DNA of 63,887 nt, the filler included, from Globobulimina sp. (Eukaryota): assembly GCA_003354225.1 (NCBI GenBank). It is 45 parts of 45 records of this genome, joined end to end, with 100 filler letters (N's around TTAATTAATTAA, not from the genome) between each part and the next. Parts side by side here need not be neighbours in the genome. Positions count along the whole stretch, not along the records: positions 36,981 to 38,302 come from PIVH01018686.1; positions 38,403 to 39,724 come from PIVH01018687.1; positions 39,825 to 41,146 come from PIVH01018688.1; positions 41,247 to 42,568 come from PIVH01018689.1; positions 42,669 to 43,990 come from PIVH01018690.1; positions 44,091 to 45,412 come from PIVH01018691.1; positions 45,513 to 46,834 come from PIVH01018692.1; positions 46,935 to 48,256 come from PIVH01018693.1; 37 more parts are not named here. One strand, 5' to 3'. The notes under the pieces were generated by a model. That model was given only the letters and a program-made list of their open reading frames with translations. It was not told where the DNA came from and made no database searches. Below, piece after piece: positions 37,000-49,777 of this stretch. Made by a program: the position numbers and the translations under genes. Position 1 is the stretch's first letter. Every line of letters begins with the position of its first letter.

Positions 37000-37863
37000 A
37001 TGGACGAGCAATTTACGACAATGAATTGTAAAACGAACAGTGATGATGATGTGATTGGCGGTGAATATAGTCGGAAAAGTCGAAAACGAAAAGCAAAGAA
37101 TAAAATACGCAGAAGTATCCGTAGAAAAATATCAGCATCACACTCGCGATCACCATCAAATTCAAAATCAAGGCGTAATAGCAAAGAAGTTCGGAGAAAA
37201 TCACGTAAAAGATCGAGAAAAAGACAATTAACACGCAGTCAATCACCGGTTATAGTATCAATGAGGCGGAGAAAATCAAAAAAAAGAAAATCTATTAAAA
37301 GTAATAATTATTCTTCAAAGGTTGGCAAATCACGATCACGATCACGGCGAAAAACACGTAGTGTGGGAGCAGGTTCACCAGCAAAAAGTAAAAAACGTGT
37401 AAAACAGAAATCGCGATCGAGAAGAAAAAAAGAAGAAAGTGGCAAAAAAAGTGGAAATTTATATGTCCGTTTGGTGAATGCGCGCGGTGTGTTTGGGTCG
37501 AAAGGATCAAAAACAAACAGTTATGTTGAATTAAAATGTAATGGACAAACTTGTACGTCATCCACCATAAAAAAGAATGTCAATCCGCAATGGAATGAAT
37601 TTTTCAAATTCTATGTTCGTGATTTTGACCAAGATATGTTAACCATACGTTTAATTGATGCAAAAAGTCAACGAAGCATTGCAAAAATGAGAATTCCTAT
37701 CAGTGAATTCATGCAAAATGTAAAAAATAAAAAACGTGATTATTCAATGAACGATGAAGTCTCAATGAATCTTGACATTGGCTATGAAGATGGAGCCAGC
37801 AGAACATCCAACGGATCATTTGGTACCGACATGTTACGCAAAAGTATACTACAAATGAAGTAA
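37000..37863 (+). CDS. C2-domain protein with Arg/Ser/Lys-rich region
   Basis: GNLYVRLVNARG...SYVEL...KKNVNPQWNEFFKF. Confidence 0.8.
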   Translation: MDEQFTTMNCKTNSDDDVIGGEYSRKSRKRKAKNKIRRSIRRKISASHSRSPSNSKSRRNSKEVRRKSRKRSRKRQLTRSQSPVIVSMRRRKSKKRKSIKSNNYSSKVGKSRSRSRRKTRSVGAGSPAKSKKRVKQKSRSRRKKEESGKKSGNLYVRLVNARGVFGSKGSKTNSYVELKCNGQTCTSSTIKKNVNPQWNEFFKFYVRDFDQDMLTIRLIDAKSQRSIAKMRIPISEFMQNVKNKKRDYSMNDEVSMNLDIGYEDGASRTSNGSFGTDMLRKSILQMK

Positions 37864-37951
37864 ACGCACACAAAGAACCTCAAGCTGCCATTGTCTTGAC
37901 CTCAAAAAAATGTTTAATTTTTAGAAGTTTTTTAGTTAGTTAACCTACGTA

Positions 37952-38302
37952 CCTCTAGTCCATAAAATGACACATTGAATGGCCCATAAACCCATAAAAA
38001 TCTCTGTCGATAATGTATTCCGCTGTGCATTTTCATCCACCCGGCCATCATCACCATATATCAATTCCTGCGGATGCATAAAGCGCAGATAAAACAAAAA
38101 CAGCCAATTCAACGTAATCAACACATCAAAATAATTTGTCATCGAATTGAAATAATCAGCCGGCGAATCCATAAATTCTGAGATTTCATAGACCACATAA
38201 CCCGCACTCCCGACCCATACAATAATTTCAAACGGATCATAGTTTATTGGATAATTATAAATCCTCAAATAAGTGACATACGAAAACAAGCCCAAATAGC
38301 CG
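37952..38302 (-). CDS. TRP-like ion channel exon (S1-S4)
   Basis: GYVVYEISEF...YFNSMTNYFDV; ends at a GTACGT donor. Confidence 0.6.
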
Positions 38303-39001
38303 NNNNNNNNNNNNNNNNNNNNNNNNNNNNNNNNNNNNNNNNNNNNTTAATTAATTAANNNNNNNNNNNNNNNNNNNNNNNNNNNNNNNNNNNNNNNNNN
38401 NNAGGTTGGGATGTTGAGAAGTTGGTGGATAAAAGTATCGTATAATTGAATTCTTGTTTCATTAATAATTCAACTTCTGAACATCTCAACTTCTCAACGC
38501 ATAAACCTGCGAACCTCTCAAACCTTGACTTTAATGCATTTCTTTCATTGCATTATATAATTAAATACATTCGATATGAGATAAAGGTGGTGAAAAGGAA
38601 GGTACATCGCACCATACATATTAATATACAGATATTGGCGACGCCGGTGAGCAATGAACATATGATTGATAATGTAGACGGATGAATATTTGCCCCAAGC
38701 GAGAGTTTCCATAAATGATACTGCAGACACAACTATTGAGCTATTAAATGTATTGTGGCGAGCAATCAACTCAAAAAGTTGAAGTCCGATCACCAGAATG
38801 AAAATTAGCTCAATAGCTGTGACTGCAGTGGTTGTTTGGAAAATAGATATTTATGTTTAATTAAGAAAAAATGACACAAAAAGTGCATGTGTGGAGTGCT
38901 GCTGTCACTTTTAAAAGTTTTTTAGTTTACTAATCCGATCCTAATCCTAATCCTACTCCTAGTCCCAAATTAACATCAGTTGCAAACAAAATTAATTAAC
39001 A

Positions 39002-39724
39002 ATGATCAGTTACTTAATAACGCCAGTTAAATCTAAACGAGATTCAATGATGCTGTTGGAAACGCCGTGTCCGGCCCAACGACTCACCTTTGATGTGGCC
39101 GAAACTCCAATCTTGTTTCATTCGATATCGGTGAACCAATTCAAACAGTTGCAGTCCTTAAATGAGCAGAGAGAGAGGGAGTCCTTATGCGGCATCGAAG
39201 CGTCTTTTAAACGGCAATCAATCTGCACAGTCAACTCGTGTATTGATCCATATATTGGCTCATTGGATTTTGAAAATGGTTGCGATTTATTGGAAGTTGA
39301 ACACGATGGATTAACGCCGGCAAATGTCTTTAACCAAACAATAAATAAAGTGAATATCAGTGATATCGGCACCAATGATATCGACAGCAAATCGGAAGAA
39401 ATCGACGATGCATATTACTATCACCCAGATACTGATAATGATCATGATATTGTTACATCGACGCGATGGAACGACGAATTTTGTATAACAATGCTAATCA
39501 CAAAAAAGGCATTTCCTCAACAAACAATACACCAATATTTGATAGCCAATAATAACAATTTACATCTGGGCAATCTGCGAAACATAAACATTATCGAATC
39601 GTGTGACTGCATTCCCTGCAAACACAACAATTGGAACGTTGTTGACCTTCGATGGGAGAAACAATGGCAAGTACAACAATTCATATTTAGCACAGTTAAC
39701 AATGACAATGAGATCCCGACAAAG
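39002..39724 (+). CDS. Unknown protein N-terminus
   Basis: ATG-initiated ORF to contig end. Confidence 0.5.
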
Positions 39725-39859
39725 NNNNNNNNNNNNNNNNNNNNNNNNNNNNNNNNNNNNNNNNNNNNTTAATTAATTAANNNNNNNNNNNNNNNNNNNN
39801 NNNNNNNNNNNNNNNNNNNNNNNNGGCCCCGTCAGCGACCCATAGGGTGGCAATTTGCA

Positions 39860-41060
39860 AAAAATTAAAGTTACACACTGTTTGTATGATCCATTGCAAT
39901 ATCCATTATTATTCCCATTCGCATTGTATCCATTACCAATGTTACTCGCTGCCATTGTGGCCGTAGGAGGCGCACTGAAAAAATCCAACAAATCATCAGG
40001 ACCTCCAGTGACCGACACTGATGTTACTTTATTTAAATCTGCTGCTTGACTCACTTTCGCCTGTTTTACATTGCCATTACTTTTATTGCTGTTGCCATTT
40101 GATGGATTATTCCAAAATGGATCATCATTCGAACTGGAAAATAATTCATCAGCATCACCTGTCATATATAGTATACATTCAGTTTGAAAAAAGAAATTCA
40201 CACTGCATACATACCCAATTTTAAATGTTTCTTATTATTATTATTAAAAAAATCATCATTCGAATCCACAGCAAACGGATCCTGCGCATCCACCGCAACT
40301 TCATTCTCATTCTCATTATCATCAGAATCCATGGCCGATTTTTGTTTTTTAAATCCATCACTTTTCTTCCTCCGCTTTTTAGACGATTTCTTCTTTTTTT
40401 TCTTCTTTTTCTTCTCTTGTTGTTTACGTAGCTTTTCTTCCTTTTCTTCCTTTTCCAATCTCTCCGCCAATTCCTTTCTCTCTCTTTCCTTCCTCGCCTC
40501 ATCTTTGGCTCTTTGCCGCTTGGCCGCGTTGTCGGCGTCTTCTTTGTCCGCAGTCTGAAAATAATCATCATAGCTCCCCACATCGCGCTTATTATCGTCT
40601 TTATTGTTGTTGTAACCGTATGGATGCTCATTATATGGGTCGTACGTATTGGTTTTGTTTATAATCTCATCTTTTTGTAACAACTCATGGCAATATTTGG
40701 CTCGCCGGCGTACATTCTGTCCAATGTCAGAGCCATCGATTTTGTACACATACTTGGATAATTTAAGAAATTGCGATTTTCGCGCTAAGCACACACGGAT
40801 AAATTTTTTGGTGCCGTTGATGATTAAATGCTCGATGACTAACAAGGCTTTTTCCACATGGCGGAGTACCTGGTAATCGATCAAACGTTGCCATAACGTG
40901 TCGTAGGTTGGCGTCGAGACCATGTCGTTGCGACAATAATTGGTTAAATCTGCTAATTGTTGCTGCGTTGGTATCTCGTCGGCATTGGAGGTCAATTCGC
41001 GTACCATTCGTTGCCCTTCGTCATATTTTTTGATTTCGTTCTTACTGCAATATAGCGTTA
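39860..41060 (-). CDS. ENTH-domain (epsin-like) protein, spliced (intron ~40212-40160)
   Basis: ELTSN...LWQRL...RHVEKALLVIEHLIING...DIGQNVRRRAK; DPF/DFF/LLDF motifs. Confidence 0.8.
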
Positions 41061-41246
41061 GCAGTGGTGGGTTATATGGGTGTTTATGCAACATACATTG
41101 AACGTAATGCTGATTTCATTAAGTTTGCGGCTTCTGACTGTTGTATNNNNNNNNNNNNNNNNNNNNNNNNNNNNNNNNNNNNNNNNNNNNTTAATTAATT
41201 AANNNNNNNNNNNNNNNNNNNNNNNNNNNNNNNNNNNNNNNNNNNN

Positions 41247-42568
41247 TATTTCAAACTTCCGTATTTTTAGTTCCTTTGTTGCATGTGGTTGGATTAATGG
41301 TGTCGACATTAATTAAGTTTCTAATTATAATTGTTATCACATTTTGTGGCTTTGTTGTGGGTATAATGTACATTAACAATGGCGATAACAATCAAGTGCA
41401 TATATTTCAGTCCGCTACAGATACCGCAAAGTATTTATTCGAGTTGGCAGTCGGAATGGGCTCATTAGACTCATTAGAATCATTGGGTGTAAATGAGCGG
41501 ATCGCACAAGTTTATATCGTATTATTTGTGACTATTTCCTCGATTTTATTGTTGAATTTGTTGATTGCATTGATGACCACCGAATATTCAGCAGTGGAAG
41601 AACTGGCTTTGGCAGAAGCGGCATATTTGAAAGCACAAAGTTGCTATGATTTGAAGCATCGATCAAGATATATTCCGCCGCCACTTAATTGGATGTTATA
41701 TGCTTTTATTTTCTGTTTGCATATTTTAAATTTTCTCCCTGCATTACTCTCGCCGTGTTATCTAAATATTTATGCGCATTTACATAAGCGATGTATGAAT
41801 CCATTGCGGTCGCATCTATATAGACATTGGCACCATCCACATGACAGCTTTCGAGCAAAGCAACAGCATAAACATCGCAGGGATCATAATAAAAATATCA
41901 ATAAGCAACAATTTGAGAGATGGGATGAATGTAATAACAATGTGATGAATACGCGTCTACGCGTCTTGGATTATTATTGGAAGTCGTTGTTTGCGGCCTG
42001 GGCAGCACAGCCTTGTTGCAGTGGAGTAGGTGTTATAGATTGGAAAATATTCCATGTTAATTGTTATAATGTTGTCAGTAACGGCACGAATAATGTGCAA
42101 AATTGGAATGTAATGCCGATTGCGCAGTATTTCCATGTTTATGAACAGTGTACACAAAGCACATTAGATCCGTATGATAAAACTTTAGTGACACATTTAA
42201 CTTCAAATTCATGTGTTTTTTGTAAGTTTTGTTCGCGAAGCATCACCACAGCACCAAAACACATTAAATCACAGTTATTGACTCCATTTTGGGTCTTGGC
42301 GGATATTGTATCGATTTGGTGTTTTTTATTGGTTTTGTATGTACCAATGTGTGCTTTATTATTTGTTATTGGCGTGGCGGAGAGATTGCTATGGGGATCG
42401 ATTAATGATCATCATATTATGTCTGTTGATGATGAGGACGATAAGACCATACAATATTTATCTCAAAATAAGCGACAACCAAACAAATCTGTATTTAATC
42501 TGAATGCAAAGAAGAAACGTAAATTACGTGATTATGGCAAACAATATTACAGAAAAACAGCTACCAAT
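41247..42568 (+). CDS. TRP-like channel, S5-pore-S6 and C-terminal region
   Basis: YLFELAVG, ILLLNLLIALMTTEY, IPPPLN. Confidence 0.75.
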
Positions 42569-42668
42569 NNNNNNNNNNNNNNNNNNNNNNNNNNNNNNNN
42601 NNNNNNNNNNNNTTAATTAATTAANNNNNNNNNNNNNNNNNNNNNNNNNNNNNNNNNNNNNNNNNNNN

Positions 42669-43747
42669 TTTTCTTTTTTGAAGTTATCTACTCTGAGTCC
42701 TTCCCTTTTCTCCTGCCAGGCAATAAAGTTCTTATGTGCTAATTCAAAAGCATTTATACCTCCAATTGATGAATTAAATCCCTGCCAGACTACCTGAAAA
42801 GTAAAAATTCGGGTGGCCAGTCTGAAAAACACTAAAATTATCATCATAATTTCGGCAAGAGCTTTATCCAGAATACAAACTTGAAAATAAAGAATTACAA
42901 TCATTAATAGTATTATTACCGGTTCTCTAAGTGACTTTGTAAGCCCTAAAAGAAAAACTGTTAAGAATCGAAGTTTAGCTAATTTGTTTACTTCATTGCT
43001 GAGTTTCGCACTCATTTTATTGGGGCCATTTGTTGCCTTTAAATATTTAAAAAACTCAATAGTTTGAATAAGTAATCCCTGAAATGAAGCATTTCGTTTC
43101 GATGTTTTGATTGAGTAGCTCCGTGATAATTTATTCAAATAAATGAATATCATATAAAGCAAAATACCGGAAAGTAATGCAAAGATTGAAACCTGCCAAT
43201 TGATTGCTACTGATATAATAGAATAAATGACTATATATAATAATGCTACAATCGCATTGCAGTACTGGCCAAAAGCACCGACAGTTTTATCAATTTCCGT
43301 TGTGATTATGTTGCTCAAATAACCAATATTGCAATCTAGATATTTTCTGTATTGTATATTTTTAAATGCTGAAAATATAATTGATCGCAAATCCTTAAAT
43401 ATTTTTGCTAATATAAAAGATGATAGAAAGGCCTGTATTATAAGAATCACTCCCTTTACAATAAAAATTATACCCATTAGCAAAAGAATACTATTGAATG
43501 TTGGTTCTACATGAATAAAGTCCATGAATCTTTCAAAATAAATGTTGACAGCATTTGTCTCTGATGAATCAGAAAAAGAATAAGAGATTAGCGGAATGAA
43601 AAGAGCTATGCCAACACCTTCAACCATTCCTCCCGCAATAATTACAGCAGTTAGTAAATATAGTTTCGCACCCGCAAATCTTTTAAAAACGATATAATAA
43701 TAATATATATCGAAAATAAAAGGTATTTTATTAGGTCTCATTTTCAA
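42669..43747 (-). CDS. Bacterial ABC exporter transmembrane domain (glycan-locus type)
   Basis: EGVGIALFIPLI, G.LSNIITTE, FFRL; intronless. Confidence 0.8.
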
Positions 43748-44090
43748 CCATATGTGATTACAATAATAATTTTTAAGATATCTTAGTAAGTGTTAAGGAT
43801 AATTTCACTTGGTTTTTTCATATTTATCAAAGAAAAAAGGATCTTATTTCTCAGTTCCTTAGTCAAACTGGGCCTGATATAGGACGCCAGGGCTTGTTGT
43901 GACAAGACGACTCCCCCCTTTAATTATAAAAACTGACATAATCGTAAACAGCATGTATTCAAACTTAATTGGGATATTTAGAAAGTCCATNNNNNNNNNN
44001 NNNNNNNNNNNNNNNNNNNNNNNNNNNNNNNNNNTTAATTAATTAANNNNNNNNNNNNNNNNNNNNNNNNNNNNNNNNNNNNNNNNNNNN

Positions 44091-45136
44091 AATGTTGCTG
44101 GCTTGGAAATTGAAGGGTGTTCTATGGGCGGCTCCAAAATTTCCTCGAACACGTTGGTACGGATGCGCAAATGTTCTGGGGTTTTCGTACACAAGTCTAC
44201 CAGGACATATCCATAAGGTTTTCTTGCCTCTCGCTCATAAGCTGAAACTAGGGATCTTTGTTTTCCAACTTGCGATCCCAAAGTAGCGATCTGTCGAGCC
44301 ATTCGAGGTGATTTGAGCAGGAAGAAGTAGGCTGTATTTGCTGATATGATTCTGCTGCTAGGCCATGGACCAAAGATAAAATGCAAGATCAGCACGATAC
44401 TACAATTTTTATGACGCGCTACAGTGAAAATGTGCGCCATTTCTTTGCTGCTGGCTGAAGAAATCGAATTATCGTCGACGATTATCAGTGTTTGACCTCC
44501 CTCTGGATCAGCCAAAGCATCCAGGTCTGCCTCTGTGACCACTTCTCCTTTGATAAAATCGCATTTTATTCCCTCGAGTGTTAGTTGTTTCTTTAATTCA
44601 GTGTAACTGTCCTGGTAACCTAAATTTATTGTTATGTGTAACATAGTAATAGTTCACATTTCTAGAACTCACAGTTATAGAAGAAAAAGATACGAGTCGG
44701 CACTGGATTGTATATTTTGCTGGCATTCTGTAGACTTTTCAGCAAAAGTGTTGTTTTTCCCTGAAACAAGTTATTGTGGTATGTTTTGTGAATTATCTAC
44801 TAAACATACACTCTGACTGGCTCCAGCATAAATGAAGTTGTGTGGCAGTTGAATACGTTTGTCGAATTCTCCCATCAGGGAATCATGCTTTATGGGGATG
44901 TTATGGTAATTTTCTGTGGTCATAGCCCTCAATGGTTGTACCAAATCAGGATTATCTTCGTGGTTTTGGTGGTATTTTTCCAAGTGTCTCTTCAAACTGT
45001 CTTTTCTATTTGAACAAAATTTGCAATGACTGCATACAGATTGTGAACTTGGCATGTGAACAAGCATATGCCGCTTCAGATTGCTAAGGCTATTAAAGAT
45101 AGCCCCACAATATCGGCAACCAAAAACCTGAGCCAT
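44091..45136 (-). CDS. C2H2 zinc finger + Polinton/Maverick-type packaging ATPase; exons 45136-44810, 44760-44673, 44619-44091
   Basis: Splicing gives GASQS/GKTT Walker A; LIIVDD Walker B; ARHKNCSIV; ISANTAY; PYGYVLVD...LRIRTNVF. Confidence 0.85.
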
Positions 45137-45201
45137 TGAACAGACCAACAACAACTCATCAGCTGTACAAACGCTAAAAGTGACATGCCAGTCGAAATAC
45201 T

Positions 45202-45412
45202 ATCCTTATATGTGGATCAATGGTCAACTTGCATGTGCTGCTCCACATATATGTGGATCAGGAGTCAACTTGCATGTGCTGCTCCACATATATGTGGATC
45301 ATAAGCATACAAATCCACATATATGTGGATCAGGAGTCAACTAGCATCAGCTGCTCCACATATATGTGGATCAGAAATCAACTTGTATCAGCTGCTCTAC
45401 ACATATGTGGAT
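45202..45412. repeat. Array of TCCACATATATGTGGA palindromes (4 perfect, 2 imperfect; 41/31-nt period)
   Basis: Perfect copies start at 45242, 45283, 45314 and 45355. Confidence 0.92.
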
Positions 45413-45512
45413 NNNNNNNNNNNNNNNNNNNNNNNNNNNNNNNNNNNNNNNNNNNNTTAATTAATTAANNNNNNNNNNNNNNNNNNNNNNNNNNNNNNNN
45501 NNNNNNNNNNNN

Positions 45513-46527
45513 ATTGCAGTAACAGAGACGAACAAAAAATGAGTATGCGGTCGAGCAAGAAAACAAAGAAGAATATATTGGAGCAATTACTGATGATGTT
45601 GGACCATGGCCAGTGGCAGTAAAAGACGGTATAATTGTTTTAACAGATACACAATATTGGTTTTTTAGCATAATCGACTCGGATTGGCAGCAACTAAGTG
45701 ATTTAAATGAGGAACAAACTTGTTTTGATGGACCAAATGTCTTAGTTAATGATGATACAATATATCGGATTGGGGGCAGAAGTATTAAAAGTGATCAATG
45801 TATGAAACATTGTGAGTATTTGAGGTTGGATATGGATGAAGCAATATGGATGAGAATGGATGGTACATTAAATGAACAGCGATGCAGTGCGGGTTCAATT
45901 TTTTTGAATGGGCATTTATTGATAATTGGTGGTGATGATAATGGCGACGAGTTAGCATCGATGGAAGAGTATGATTTTGCGGCAATGAGATGGAATTTGA
46001 GAGCTTCAATGAATAAAAGAAGAAATGATTTTGGAATTTGTAGTATTTCACAGCATGAGTTGTTAGTCATTGGTGGACATTCTGTGGATATAAATAGTGG
46101 GATTAGTGGCTATTTAGATTGCATTGAGAAATATAATTATAATTTGGATAAATGGGTGGTGTTGAATACGACGTTGCCATGTGGTAAGCGAGCGAGATGC
46201 GGTGCTTTTCATTGGAAAAAGTATAAACCAAATTGTATCATTGTAGCTGGGGGCACAGCTCCCGCAAGAAATGTTGTTGAATGTTTGGATTTGGAGAAAA
46301 TGGAATGGATTAAATATCCAAATCTGAGAGGTTGTCATTGGTGGCCCAACATTGGTACATTGCCAACGGAATCGCCTGCTATTTTGTATGTGGTTGGACA
46401 GAATGAAAAACATAAATTGGATTTTGTTGAATATCTTGATGTGAGAGAAAATGTTAAAAAATGGAATACACAAAATATTATTCCAAATAACAAAGTAAAT
46501 AGCGTTAATGGTACATGTTGGGTGTAG
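45513..46527 (+). CDS. Kelch-repeat protein (5'-truncated)
   Basis: Repeated IGG...E.Y....W units. Confidence 0.88.
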
Positions 46528-46934
46528 TCGTACAAAAACAAATGTTTTTTAGTGTAGTAGTACTTACTTAATTAATTAATAAAAAATACAAATTACTTGT
46601 ACTCAATGTCAGCAATTAGTATCTATGTTAGATTAGAACCAAGCAACAAGTTGTTCTGTTCATTTAGCTTAATAGTATATATTTACTTGTTTATTAGCGG
46701 TGCTATTCGTGGTTTAAATTTATTGTATCCTCATGATCACTCCACACCATATAATATTTATAAATTATATTATGATATTTGGATATTATGTTTTGTTTAT
46801 GCGTCTGAAACAATTGTTGTATTACTAACTTAAGNNNNNNNNNNNNNNNNNNNNNNNNNNNNNNNNNNNNNNNNNNNNTTAATTAATTAANNNNNNNNNN
46901 NNNNNNNNNNNNNNNNNNNNNNNNNNNNNNNNNN

Positions 46935-48256
46935 ATATCCAACAAATGCACCAACCACAGAGCCAACATTGGAGCCATATCCAACAAATGCACCAACCAC
47001 AGAGCCAACATTGGAGCCATATCCAACAAACCAACCAACATTTGACCCAACTACAGAGCCAACAAATGAACCTACATTATTTCCAACCAATTTCCCATCA
47101 TTATCGCCTACATTGCACCCTACAATTTATACTACCATACATACGACAACAGGTATTCACCAATAATAGGCTTTCATAAATAACTACAACAACCAAATGA
47201 GTATTTTTTAATCTGAGCAACATTGTTGTTTCTATTTTTTGTTTGCTGCAATAGTAAAACATACATAATTGTAACAGCACCAACCAATGAACCAACAATA
47301 AATCCATCAAACACACCAACAAATGAGCTGACAACATCTAACCCAACAAACCCACCAACAAATAAAATGGGCAAAATAAAATGGGAATTATGCACATCAT
47401 CAAATGATTCAAACAGTGTACAATTCAAACATAATTTTGGTTCAGTATGTAATTCTCACATTTTCATGTACATCAATTAAATATTGTATATAATAAACAG
47501 ACTGCGATTAGATTGCATGATTCGAACAGTACATTATTTACATTACACACTCTTGTCTTGAATGGCAGTCATTGGGGCTGTGATTCCTTATCATTGCCCT
47601 GCAGCAAACAATGCACTAACAGTGGCAGATATTGCTATGTTGATCCAGAATATGATTTGTCCGTAGGTTTAGATGGCATGGATATTGTCCAAGAGAACTT
47701 GCGTTCACTATGTGTATGGGAATATGATCCCGCAATGTGGTGGAATTATTCAGTTTTATGGGATGCAAAATGCGGTGTTTCCTCTAATGACAAAGTTAAT
47801 ACATTCAATGACATTTGTTCTTACCAACAGATGGATAATTTAGAAGCAACACAACAAATGAAAACATACGTAACAAATTGTGTTGCATCAGCTGGCGGAT
47901 ACGGTTATAATGACGCAATAAATACGATATTAAGTCGAGAATCTGCGTATCCATTCTGCCAATATTCGACAAATCAAATATCAAATATTTATGTTAATGG
48001 CGTTGAAATTAATAATACTAACTGTAATCAACCAGTTACAACAGCATCTTGCGACGTATTAGCCGCGATTTGTAACGAGTTCTCCATTCAGTCCATTGAG
48101 ATGCAAGCTGGGATTTGTTTGTCCGCTCCTACGATATCACCAACAGTGACATGTAATAATACGCAGAGAGATTGCAATGGGGCATGTTTTGGCAGTGCCC
48201 AGCTGGATTCCTGTGCTATGTGTTTATTGCTATCTGACGTGTCATGGAATCTATGT
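46935..48256 (+). CDS. Spliced surface protein: PT-rich repeats plus a vacuolar-sorting-receptor-like domain
   Basis: QCTNSGRYCYVDPEYDLSVGLDGMDIVQENLRSLCVW...WWNY; 42-nt PT repeat at the start. Confidence 0.7.
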
Positions 48257-48476
48257 NNNNNNNNNNNNNNNNNNNNNNNNNNNNNNNNNNNNNNNNNNNN
48301 TTAATTAATTAANNNNNNNNNNNNNNNNNNNNNNNNNNNNNNNNNNNNNNNNNNNNATAGTCGAGGAAATTATGGTACATAATTGTAAGCTAAATGTTGA
48401 TGGTATCACGAAATTTGTTGATAATTAATAATATATTTTTGACAATACGTTTAGCGAGCAAGAGACCACTGAAGAT

Positions 48477-49415
48477 TTATATAAATATACTATAAGTCCT
48501 TTGGTTGAAATGCTGGCCAATTAAGGAGAGGTCACTTGTTTTGCGTATGGAGGTATTTGCGTAAATATTGCTGGGTTTCTGCTGGCTGTGAGCTGCAGCA
48601 TTGCTGTGTTGCCGTTGTCGCATATTTGGGGTATAACCGTTGGAATAGTTGGAGGTGTTGCTGACTTTGCGTTGATTGTAGTTATTCTGTTGTATTTTGG
48701 GAGGACTTTGGTATTGGCGGTTAACGTTATTGTTTCTATAAACATTTTGTGTCTGAGGTCTGGAGGCATTGCTACTTTTTCTTACGTTGTTGTAGCCATT
48801 GGCATAATTATTGTGCGGTGGATTTATATTTGAGGCGTTGCTGCTTTTCCTCATATTATTGCATGGTGCGTTTGGTAGGTTGCTGTGTTTGCGATTTTGC
48901 ATATTATTGCGTGATATATTGGAGAGGTTACTGCTTTTACGGATGTTTGGCGTATTTGGTGGCTTATTGTTATATGTGTTAGTGTTGACGTTATTGGATG
49001 CATTGATATTGGATGTATTTGATGCATTGGTCCATTTGCGTTGACGTTGAGGATTGGGTTTATTGCTGATGTTGTTGTTGGGTGCTGGAGGTTGATTTAT
49101 TTGTCCTTTGCGGAAACCGCCCTTTGTGGCTACTTTCCATTTAAATCTGTTCGCGATCGGCGTAGTGTTGTTATTATTATTGTTTTTCGAAGTTATCATA
49201 TATTTTGGTTGAGATTGGTGTGGCTGTTGTTGTTGTGGTTGACGGTTATTGTTAATGCTATTTTGTTTTGGTTTGTGTCTCCATGAACGTTTTGATTGTG
49301 TATTTTGTGGCACATTATTTTGACTGTTATGATGCTTTGGTTTTTGTGGAGGTTTGTTTTGAGTCTTTTGCGGAGACCATCGTTTCGAAATTGATGGTAG
49401 ATTGCGGACGATCAT
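48477..49415 (-). CDS. Asn/Gln/Pro-rich low-complexity protein
   Basis: 312-codon ORF with RKSSN repeats. Confidence 0.55.
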   Translation of the reverse strand: MIVRNLPSISKRWSPQKTQNKPPQKPKHHNSQNNVPQNTQSKRSWRHKPKQNSINNNRQPQQQQPHQSQPKYMITSKNNNNNNTTPIANRFKWKVATKGGFRKGQINQPPAPNNNISNKPNPQRQRKWTNASNTSNINASNNVNTNTYNNKPPNTPNIRKSSNLSNISRNNMQNRKHSNLPNAPCNNMRKSSNASNINPPHNNYANGYNNVRKSSNASRPQTQNVYRNNNVNRQYQSPPKIQQNNYNQRKVSNTSNYSNGYTPNMRQRQHSNAAAHSQQKPSNIYANTSIRKTSDLSLIGQHFNQRTYSIFI

Positions 49416-49777
49416 TGTAAATACACTTTATTTATATTAAACGTTTTTAGCTAGCGGCTTAATATTTAATACAATGGCACAAGATACGGTACAGATTATT
49501 GGATTGAACACTCAAAAACAGTACAATGGATTTCAAGGTATTATCAGTGGTAAAATGAATCAATCCAAACATCGATATCCAGTCCAAATAACCTTCAAAA
49601 AAAGAAAATACGATTATATTGAAGCAAATTAATTAATTCTTGAAAACGGATAGAAAACAAACGTGCAACAGAAAAAANNNNNNNNNNNNNNNNNNNNNNN
49701 NNNNNNNNNNNNNNNNNNNNNTTAATTAATTAANNNNNNNNNNNNNNNNNNNNNNNNNNNNNNNNNNNNNNNNNNNN

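Noticed and set aside
38940-38965. Telomeric repeat (CCTAAT)n
   Set aside because: Only about four degenerate internal units
45202-45412. CRISPR array
   Set aside because: Intervening sequences are near-copies of each other, no cas genes are present, and the neighbouring gene has introns
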